Part shown: positions 55,936 through 64,000 of the stretch, in pieces
Layout of the letters: every line of letters starts with the position of its first letter
Position numbering within the stretch: position 1 is the stretch's first letter
Assembly (NCBI GenBank): GCA_963815195.1
Contig: CAWFGE010000012.1
Coordinates: 352,001-416,000 of the forward strand
DNA length: 64,000 nt
Direction: 5' to 3'
Source of the DNA: an uncultured Planctomycetaceae bacterium
GTDB lineage: Bacteria; Planctomycetota; Planctomycetia; Planctomycetales; Planctomycetaceae
The notes under the pieces: generated by a model
Told to the model about the DNA's origin: nothing
The model's input: only the letters and a program-made list of their open reading frames with translations
The model's database searches: none
Position numbers and translations under genes: made by a program

Positions 55936-57369
55936 ATGTTTCGCTTTCTATCAGTAGGATTCCTCCTCGTCTTTGTGATGGGATCGCCTTGTTTCGCTCA
56001 AAAGGCAGCCCTATCGGATTACATCAACCAGCACGATGACAAATTCTGGCAGGCGGCGCTCAACATTTGGAATTGGGCGGAGCCGGGGTATCAGGAAACC
56101 AAGTCCTCGAAGCTCCTGGCCGACATCTTGGAAGAAGCGGGCATGAAGGTCGAGCGGGGCGTAGCGGAGATTCCCACCGCGTTCACCGCGACTTTTGGCG
56201 AAGGCAAACCGGTCATCGGCATCTTGGGCGAGTACGATGCGCTGCCGGGCTTGTCGCAGACCGCCGTGCCTTACCGGGAACCGAACCCAAAACTCACCTA
56301 CGGGCATGGTTGCGGGCATCATCTGTTTGGCGTGGCGTCCGCGGCGGCGACTTTGGCGATTGTCGATCAGATCAAATCCGGCCAGATCAAAGGCACCGTG
56401 CGGTTTTACGGCTGCCCGGCCGAGGAAGGCGGGAGTGCGAAAGTCTTCATGGTCCAGGCGGGGTTGTTCCAGGATTGCGATGTGGTTTTGCACTGGCATC
56501 CTTCCAGCCAGAACTCGGCGGGGGATCGGTCTTCCCTCGCGCGGATGGCGGTGAAGTTTCGTTTCCACGGCAAAGCCGCCCATGCCGCGGGGGCTCCGGA
56601 ACAGGGCCGCTCCGCGTTGGACGGGGTCGAACTCACAAACCACGCCGCCGAGCTGCTCCGCGAGCACACGCCGGACTTCACGCGGATTCATCACGTCATC
56701 ACCGCCGGCGGCAGCGCTCCGAATGTCGTGCCCGAATTTGCCGAGGTCTATTATTATATCCGCCATCCCAAAGGCAACGTCGTCCGCCCGCTTTACGATC
56801 GGCTCGTGCTGTGCGCCAAGGGGGCCGAACTCGCGACGGAAACCAAACTCGAAATCGACTTTCAAGGCGGCATTCGCGAAATCCTGCCCAACAACGCCTT
56901 GGCCCAGGTCACGATGAAGAACCTCAAGGAGCTAAACGATCTCAAATACACGCCGGAGGAACTCAAGTTCGCGTTGAAGCTCCAAGCCCAGCTTCCCAAG
57001 CCCGAATCTTTGGACGAGATTTCCAAGGTGAAAGATCGAAGCGGAACCGTGGGCAAAGGCTCGACCGACGTGGGCGATGTGTCCTGGGTCGTGCCCACCA
57101 CCGGCTTTACAACCGCTTGCACAGTGCCCGGAACGCCGGGGCATTCCTGGCAAGCGGTGGCCTGCGGCGGAACGACGATCGCCCGGAAAGGCATGAACCT
57201 CGCGGCCCGCGTGATCGCGGCGTCGGCTTGGGACTTGTACAACCGCCCCGACACCATCGCCGCCGCGAAACAAGAACTCGAACGCCGGCTCGGCGAGGAG
57301 AAATACCAATCGCTGATGCTGCCCAATCAAAAACCTCCGCTGGATTACCGCAACCCGCCCAAACGCTGA
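55936..57369 (+). CDS. M20-family amidohydrolase (AbgB-like)
   Basis: EPGYQE, GEYDALPGL, GHGCGHHL, PAEEGG, HWHP, GSTDVGDVSW and HSW. Confidence 0.9.
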   Translation: MFRFLSVGFLLVFVMGSPCFAQKAALSDYINQHDDKFWQAALNIWNWAEPGYQETKSSKLLADILEEAGMKVERGVAEIPTAFTATFGEGKPVIGILGEYDALPGLSQTAVPYREPNPKLTYGHGCGHHLFGVASAAATLAIVDQIKSGQIKGTVRFYGCPAEEGGSAKVFMVQAGLFQDCDVVLHWHPSSQNSAGDRSSLARMAVKFRFHGKAAHAAGAPEQGRSALDGVELTNHAAELLREHTPDFTRIHHVITAGGSAPNVVPEFAEVYYYIRHPKGNVVRPLYDRLVLCAKGAELATETKLEIDFQGGIREILPNNALAQVTMKNLKELNDLKYTPEELKFALKLQAQLPKPESLDEISKVKDRSGTVGKGSTDVGDVSWVVPTTGFTTACTVPGTPGHSWQAVACGGTTIARKGMNLAARVIAASAWDLYNRPDTIAAAKQELERRLGEEKYQSLMLPNQKPPLDYRNPPKR

Positions 57370-59514
57370 TGGCCGAATTTCACGCCACCGACGATCCCCT
57401 TCAAACCCCGGTGCAATTCCTGCCGGGAGCGGGACCGGCCCGCGCGAAATTGCTCGAGAAACTCAATATCCGCACGGTGGAAGATCTGTTGTGGTACCTG
57501 CCGCGGGATGTGATCGACATGACCCACGTCAGCCCGGTCAAGAATCTGCAGGCGGGCGAAACGCTCACGGTCCGGGGCGTCGTTGTGGACCGCGAAGCCG
57601 CGGGCATCTCCGGCAACCGCACGATGACCACCGTCCTCCTCGACTGCCAAGGCCAGTTCGTGCGGGGCGTGTGGTACAATCAGCCCTGGATGCTGCAAAA
57701 GTTCCGCGAAGGCAACGTCGTCCTGTTCACGGCCAAGCCCAAGTTCAAAGGCGGTCGCTGGGAGTTCAACAACCCGCGCGTGCAGTGGATTCAGGAGGAA
57801 GATGACAACGCCCACGGCGGCATTGTGGCCCGCTACGGCCTCACCGACGGCCTCAAAATGGACGACATCCGCCGGCTGATGCGAACCGCCGTCGAACAAT
57901 ATGCCCGGCTGCTCCCCGAACATCTGCCGCAAGAATTTCGCCAACAATTAAAGCTTCCCGATCTGCCGACGGCTCTCAGTCTGCTGCATCTTCCGGAAAC
58001 GCGGGACCAATACGAAGCGGGGCGTCGGCGGCTGTTGTTCGACGATCTGTTCGAGTTTCAATTGGGCCTCGCGCTTCGCCGGCGGGCCCGGCGGCAGCAG
58101 CAGCAAGCCCCGGTCCTCGAAACCACGGCCAAGATCGACGCCCGCATTCGGCGGCTGTTTCCGTTCGCCTTTACCGCCGGGCAGAACCGGGCCGTCAATG
58201 AGATCGCCGCGGACCTCGCCAGCGGCAAGGCGATGCACCGCCTGCTCCAAGCCGACGTGGGAGCCGGCAAAACCGCGGTGGCGATGTATGCGATGCTGGT
58301 CGCGATCGCGGCGGGACATCAGGCTGTGCTGATGGCTCCCACGGAAGTCCTCACCATGCAGCACTGGAGCACGATCGAAACCGCCCTCGCCCACAGCCGG
58401 GTCAATCGGCAACTGCTCACCGGCCGCCTGACCGCCGCCCAGCGCCGCCGGGCTCTCGAAGACATCGCCGCCGGCGAGGCACATCTCATCGTCGGCACGC
58501 AAGCGGTCGTTCAAGACGATGTCGAGTTCGCGAAGCTCGGCGTCGCGGTGATTGATGAGCAGCACAAGTTCGGCGTCCGGCAGCGGGCGAAATTCACGTC
58601 CGCCGGCGAACTTTCCCCGCATGTTTTAGTCATGACGGCCACGCCCATTCCGCGGAGCCTGTGCCTCACACAGTTCGGCGATCTGGATATGTCGATTATC
58701 TCCGAACTCCCGCCGGGCCGGCAGCGGATCATCACCAGCCGCGTCACCGGCCCGCACGCCCGCGGCCGGGCTTGGGATTTTTTGCGAAAGCAGCTCCGCG
58801 CGGGCCGGCAAGCCTTCATCATCTGCCCCCGCGTCGCCGCTTCGGACGATGAGAACAACACCGACTCGTCATTGGACGAAAATACTTCTGACGAGACTTC
58901 GACCGAACCGATCGCGAGCGCGGAGGAAGTTTATAAGGAACTCCGCGAAGGCGAACTCCAGGAGTTTTCCGTCGGGCTGGTGCACGGGCAGATGGATCGC
59001 GATCTGAAAGCCTCGGCGATGGAGGCGTTTCGCGACGGGGAAACGCAGGTGCTCGTCGCCACCACGGTCGTCGAAGTCGGCGTGGATGTTCCCAACGCGA
59101 CTTTGATGGTGATTCATCAAGCCGAGCGGTTCGGCCTTTCGCAGACTGCACCAGCTTCGCGGCCGAATCGGGCGGGGCAAGTTTCAAGGCTATTGCTTCT
59201 TGTTCACGGAAACCGCCAACGACGATTCCCAAAAACGCCTCGCCGCGATGGAGCAAACCTCCGACGGCTTCAAGATTGCCGAGGTGGATTTCGATCTTCG
59301 CGGCCCCGGCGACATCCTGGGCACCCGGCAGCACGGCGACTTGCCGTTAAAAGTCGCCGACATCAAACGCGACGCCCACGTACTCTTTGAAGCCCGAAAC
59401 GCCGCGCTCGATGTCATCAACAGCGGCCAATTCGACCAGCCGGAATTCCACACGACAAAACACCGCGTGCTGACGCGTTTTGCCAATGTCCTCGACCTGC
59501 CGCAAACCGGATAA
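57369..59514 (+). CDS. recG: ATP-dependent DNA helicase RecG; frameshift near 59143
   Basis: RLLQADVGAGKT, DEQHKFG, MTATPIPR, VHG, EVGVDVPNA, AERFGLS and DFDLRGPG. Confidence 0.95.
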
Positions 59515-59543
59515 GCCACGCGGCGCCATTATAGTCATTCATT

Positions 59544-59670
59544 GGTCCACGCTTGCTGAGATAGTCGTCTTGCCTGTCGATGTAGACACGGGCCTGCCCG
59601 GTGGGAGCGTGCTCTCTAAGCGGAGGGCTGAGAAACGAAGTGTCTCTCCCTGTTTTACCCCCAGCGCGGC
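59544..59670 (+). ncRNA. Candidate structured small RNA (long hairpin with a central bubble)
   Basis: Nested complementary segments found by eye (see findings); TATAGT just upstream. Confidence 0.3.
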
Positions 59671-59692
59671 CGGCATGCAAATCCTGGTTTCT

Positions 59693-61240
59693 CTACGTCT
59701 CCAGTCCCAACAATTCGCGGGCTTGGAGGTAGCCGGGGGCGGTGCGGCCGTATTCGCTGGCGGTCACGCGGGCCAAGGCGACCAGATGCCGGCCTCGGAA
59801 GGGCTTGCGGGTCGTTTGGAACTCCTCGCGAACCGTGCGGAAGTATTTTTCGGCGTGCAGCGAGCCGTCTTCACTGGTCGCATAGCGGAGCAGCAGATCG
59901 AACACGGGACCCGGCTGGAAGTTCAACTCGCCGTACCGCAACACCGCGGCCGACGCGGTGAATTGATCGTTGTGCCGGATTGCATCTTCCGCCTGCTCAA
60001 GGAGGGCCTTGCCGTCGGTACTTTGAATTTTTTCCAGATGCTCGGCTTGGGGATAAGGATCGGGGCTCTGTCCGCGGCTTTGCCCGCCGGTGTGGTAGGC
60101 GCCGACAATCAAACTCGCCATTTGATTGCGATGATTGCTCACGCGAACGATGTGCCGCCAGGCGTTGGCCGCGTCCGAGCCGTGCACGCCGGGGGAATCG
60201 CCGTGCACGCTGCCCACGGGCTTGTCGGGCCGGGCGTTGTTTTCGGTCCGGCCGGGATCGTGGAGCACAAGCCGGCAAGCCGCCAGCCCAATGGCTTCGC
60301 CCAGCGTTTCCGGATCGACGCCATCCGCGAGAGCCGCGGCCGCGAGATCGGCGGCTTCGTCCCGCGTGGCCGCATAAATCTGCCGGCTCATGCGGTCCAC
60401 CCACTCATCGTCCATCTTCCGCTTGCCCGCGGGTTGGCTGAGGAGTTTGTATCCGTCCATCAACTTCGGCAGGAGTTGGCGGATTTCGGGTTCCCGCATC
60501 TGCTTTTTGTAGTATTGCTCTTCGTTCGCGCAGAACCGGACCGACTGGCGGAGCAGCGTGATCGCATTGTCCCGGCCGACAAAATCCAACGTCTCCCAAG
60601 ACCGCCACGCGAGCACCACGCGGTGCACGTTGATGTTATCCTGCACCGAATACTGCAAATGGTTGTAGGCTTCGCCCGGCGAATCTTGATACTCCCTTGC
60701 CAAGATGCGTTCGGCCAAGCTCGCATCGGCGGCCCGCGTCGCGTCCCTGAGCGGGTGTCCGGTTTTCTCAAGCGTTTCCGCCGGTTCGATCGGATGCAGC
60801 ACTTCGGACTTGCGGCCGCCTTTTTCCTGGATGCGGTTGGTGTTGCGGCGGATGACCTTTAGCACCGGCAGCGGTGCGAGTTCCTTGGGCAACTCGCGGG
60901 CCATCGCATACGCCGGGGCGAGAGCCATGAAGCTGTGGTAGCCCACATAATCTTCCCCGCCGAACGTGCGGGCATTGGCGAGCGCCGCCGCGGCGGTGAG
61001 CGTTTTCAGATCGCTGCCGGCTTTGAGCCGGGCCACAATCGCCGGGACGATTCGATCGGCCGGCGTCTGCTGCATCTCCTCAACCAGAGGCTCCAGTTTT
61101 CCGAAGGAGAGATTCGCCGGATCCTCGCCGGCGAGAGCCTTCGCCAACCCCATGTCCGCCGCGAGCGCCGTGCCCAGGCTTCCGATCAACATTCCGCGGC
61201 CGACGTCGGCCAAAAACTCTCGGCGATTGTTTGAACGCAT
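59693..61240 (-). CDS. Tat-exported all-alpha hypothetical protein with His motifs
   Basis: NRREFL signal; GYHSFMA, VHRVVL, VHGDSPGVHGSD and SEDGSLHAEKY. Confidence 0.75.
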   Translation of the reverse strand: MRSNNRREFLADVGRGMLIGSLGTALAADMGLAKALAGEDPANLSFGKLEPLVEEMQQTPADRIVPAIVARLKAGSDLKTLTAAAALANARTFGGEDYVGYHSFMALAPAYAMARELPKELAPLPVLKVIRRNTNRIQEKGGRKSEVLHPIEPAETLEKTGHPLRDATRAADASLAERILAREYQDSPGEAYNHLQYSVQDNINVHRVVLAWRSWETLDFVGRDNAITLLRQSVRFCANEEQYYKKQMREPEIRQLLPKLMDGYKLLSQPAGKRKMDDEWVDRMSRQIYAATRDEAADLAAAALADGVDPETLGEAIGLAACRLVLHDPGRTENNARPDKPVGSVHGDSPGVHGSDAANAWRHIVRVSNHRNQMASLIVGAYHTGGQSRGQSPDPYPQAEHLEKIQSTDGKALLEQAEDAIRHNDQFTASAAVLRYGELNFQPGPVFDLLLRYATSEDGSLHAEKYFRTVREEFQTTRKPFRGRHLVALARVTASEYGRTAPGYLQARELLGLET

Positions 61241-61378
61241 GACTCGACTCCTTGAGGAAAAGGCACCGAGACCGAAGGAACATCGCGGACGCCGCAATGA
61301 ACGGTGTTCGGCCTTCGGGAATATGCAAATCTCTCGTAAGAGAGGTTCCACTTGGTAGAGTCAGCGTCTCGTTGGTTA

Positions 61379-62665
61379 TTATTCCAACTTCTGAGGCGGT
61401 TTGCCATCCCACCAGTTGTTGATCTGGTTTCGCAGCCGCTCCACGACCTCGGGATGGTCCTTCGCCACGTTTTTGGTTTCGTGGGGATCCTGTTTGAGTT
61501 GATAGAGTTCCACCACCGCTCCGGGTTTGTTGGGGAGGATCAATTTCCAATCCCCGGAAATGCCCCAGCGGTAAAGCAGGCTCTCGGCGGGTTCGTCGAT
61601 GTTCGCCACATCGTGGTCGAAGATCTCGCCAAAGATCGCCTGGCGGTCGCAGCGGCCGCCGTGGTCGATCACGTCCAGCAGGTTGATCCCGGTCATTTCC
61701 GGCGTGGGTTTGAGTCCCGCCGCCGCGAGAATCGTGGGAGCCAGATCGATGCTGCTCACCAGCGTGTCGTCGTAGCGTTTGGGCTGGATGCGCTTGGGCC
61801 AGCGGAGCATGATCGGCGTGCGGAGTCCGCCGTCGTATTGGCTGCGCTTGCTCTTGGGGGCGTACTTCGGGGAGTCCTCGCTTTGAATCCAGCCGTTGTC
61901 GGTGACGAACACCACCAGCGTGTTTTCCGCAAGGTTCTTGTCATCCAGATAATCCAGGAGCTGGCCGCAGGTCTCGTCGAACCATTCGCACATGGCCTGA
62001 TATTTCGCCACGTGCAGCGATTTGCCGGGGGCCGTGTATTTGTCGAGGAGGCGTTTGGGCGGCGTGTGCGGCGAGTGGGGCATGAAGGGGGCGTACCAGA
62101 GGAAGAACGGCTTATCGCCGGCTTTCTCGATGAAGTCGAAAATCGGCTGCATGCCCTGCCGGCCGATCTTGAGGCCCAAGTCCCCGTGCCGGCCGCCGCG
62201 CGACGGATCGCCGTGGGTCATCCCGGCGGTGAAACCGCCGTCGGCCACGGGATCGCCTTCCCACCACTTGCCGGACTGATGGCTGACGTAGCCTTTTTTG
62301 GCCAAAAGCCGGGGCAGCGAGGGAATGCGGTGGATGTGCTTGAGCATCTTCCGCCGGTCCGTGCCTTTGGGGGGATCGTTCCCGCTGATCTCATGCTGAT
62401 GCGGATAGAGCCCGCTGACCATCGTCGCCAGGCTCGGCCGGCAGAGGCTGTCGGGCACGTAGCCCCGCGGAAACGTCGCGCTCTCGGCGGCGAGCCGATC
62501 CAAATGCGGCGTCTTGATGACCTCGTGCCCCATGAACCCGAAATCGCCCCAAGCCTGGTCGTCCGAGATAATCATCACCACGTTGGGCGGCTTGCCGTTG
62601 TCCGCCTGGGCAAAGAGGGGTTGGGCCGACAGCAACAACAAAACCGGCAAAACAAAACGCGTCAC
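61379..62665 (-). CDS. Sulfatase-family protein (atypical CRPSL motif)
   Basis: PPNVVMIISDDQ, TPHLDRLA, SLCRPSLAT, GKWW, TDNG and ELYQLKQDPHE. Confidence 0.88.
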   Translation of the reverse strand: MTRFVLPVLLLLSAQPLFAQADNGKPPNVVMIISDDQAWGDFGFMGHEVIKTPHLDRLAAESATFPRGYVPDSLCRPSLATMVSGLYPHQHEISGNDPPKGTDRRKMLKHIHRIPSLPRLLAKKGYVSHQSGKWWEGDPVADGGFTAGMTHGDPSRGGRHGDLGLKIGRQGMQPIFDFIEKAGDKPFFLWYAPFMPHSPHTPPKRLLDKYTAPGKSLHVAKYQAMCEWFDETCGQLLDYLDDKNLAENTLVVFVTDNGWIQSEDSPKYAPKSKRSQYDGGLRTPIMLRWPKRIQPKRYDDTLVSSIDLAPTILAAAGLKPTPEMTGINLLDVIDHGGRCDRQAIFGEIFDHDVANIDEPAESLLYRWGISGDWKLILPNKPGAVVELYQLKQDPHETKNVAKDHPEVVERLRNQINNWWDGKPPQKLE

Positions 62666-62790
62666 GAGAGTAGCTCCGGGAAAATGTTCAATTCAAAATG
62701 CGATGACTGCACGATACCGCAACTCGCGGGCAAATTTCAACGACGTGGTGATCCGGGATCATCTCGCACCGTTCTGCGCGAGTTCCGATC

Positions 62791-62935
62791 GAAATCCGAA
62801 GCACGAAATCCGAAACCCGAAACAAACTCGAAATCCGAATGTCCCAAACCGATCGTTCGACTCCGAGGTTTTTGGATATTCGAATTTCGGTGAGAGGAAT
62901 TTTTTTTGGATTTCGGGATTCGGATTTCGAATTTC
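62791..62935. repeat. Heptamer-type inverted repeat array, family 5
   Basis: GAAATCCGAAGCACGAAATCCGAAACCCGAAACAAACTCGAAATCCGAAT ... GGATTTCGGGATTCGGATTTCGAATTTC. Confidence 0.75.
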
Positions 62936-62953
62936 CCGGCGGTGGCTCGGCCA

Positions 62954-64000
62954 TTATGGGGGTTGTTGAACCGGCCGGTCGACGGAGTCTGTGGTGATCG
63001 TGCACTCGGGCAGGCTGTCCAGGAACAATCGCCCATAGCGTTTGGTCCGCACGCGGGGATCGAGAAGCACGACCTGCCCGCGGTCCCGCCGGCTGCGGAT
63101 CAGCCGCCCGAAGCCCTGCTTCAATTTGATGATCGCCTCGGGCACCTGGTATTCGAAAAACGGATTGCCCCCCCGCGCGGATCGCCTCCAGGCGGGCTTC
63201 CAAGAGCGGCTGGTCGGGCACGCTGAACGGGAGCTTGGTGATGATCACGTTTTGGAGGGCCTCGCCGGGCACGTCCACGCCTTGCCAAAAACTGTCGGCC
63301 CCGAACAACACGCCCCGCGGATCCTTGCGGAAGCGGTCGAGCATCAGCGACCGCGACAAGCCTTCGCCCTGGGCATACAGCGTGAACTTGTTCCGCTGAA
63401 ACCACGAGGCCAACCGATTCGCGCAGTTTTGGAGCATCCGATAACTCGTAAACAGCACAAAGGCCCGCCCCTCGGTTTGGGCGATGTAATATTTCAAGCG
63501 TTCGACGACTTCCGTTTCAAACGCGGCCGGGTTCGCGGACGGATCGGGCATGCCTTCGGGAAGCACGAGCCGCATCTGGGTCTTGTAATCGAACGGGCTT
63601 CCCAGCCGCATCACCTCCGCGGACGTCAAACCCAGGCGGTCCTGGATGAAATGAAAATCCTGCCGGCCCACCGCAAGCGTGGCGCTGGTCAAAACCGCCG
63701 TGGGAATCTGATTAAACAACTCCTCCCGCAAAATTGGCCCCAGATCGATCGGCGCGCACACCAGCTTGACGTTCTGGCGGGCCCGGTCCGTCGCTTCCAC
63801 CCAATACACGCAGTGCGGTTCGCTCTGCGTCAGCCAACTCTTGAGCATCCCCGCGATGGCCTGGCAGCGGTCGGCCTGGGCCGTCAACTCGATCGCCTCT
63901 TCTTCCCGCTTCAAATCCTTGGCATAATCCCTGATAGACTGGCCGAGCTTGGCAAGCGTGGGGCTGACGGGGTTGTTCACTTCGGGCGGCTCCCGCAGGC
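62954..64000 (-). CDS. DinG/YoaA-family ATP-dependent helicase (5' part outside the window); frameshift near 63170
   Basis: VLTSATL, SPFDY, FVLFTSY, FWQGVDVPG, KLPF, KQGFGRLIR and DPRV. Confidence 0.92.

Noticed and set aside
56067..59390. 1107-aa amidohydrolase-RecG fusion
   Set aside because: The upstream part is an off-frame overlap of the amidohydrolase gene; RecG starts at ATG 57369, overlapping the TGA
37776..59514. Pseudogenes or programmed frameshifting in dapA, cpaF, rhomboid and recG
   Set aside because: Indels are spread across the window, with no common slippery motif and no other decay; sequencing error is the simpler explanation

Overview
64 kb of GC-rich chromosomal DNA from a planctomycete. 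The assignment rests on an LExR-LL surface protein, PVC-type heme-binding proteins, two sulfatases and a DUF6807-type protein. Housekeeping genes are argB-argD-argF, hemB, dapA, cls, recG, cutA and a DinG-family helicase. Accessory genes include a giant beta-helix/FG-GAP adhesin cut by the left edge, a multidomain surface cyclophilin, three scattered pilus/secretion ATPases (PilT-like, CpaF-like and a GspE-like protein with a degenerate Walker A), a secretin-like gene pair, and a DUF2868 + DUF3482-GTPase membrane pair followed by an AT-rich orphan beta-propeller gene. About 19 single-base frameshifts interrupt otherwise intact genes, including essential ones, so I treat them as long-read indel errors. 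I found no rRNA, tRNA, CRISPR array, transposase or integrase. The main non-coding signal is at least six different REP/REPIN/MITE-like palindromic families, including a mosaic repeat cluster at 32.5-33.1 kb and one REP copy lying in frame inside a gene. There is also a candidate structured small RNA after recG. Family assignments come from motif recognition by eye, not from database searches.
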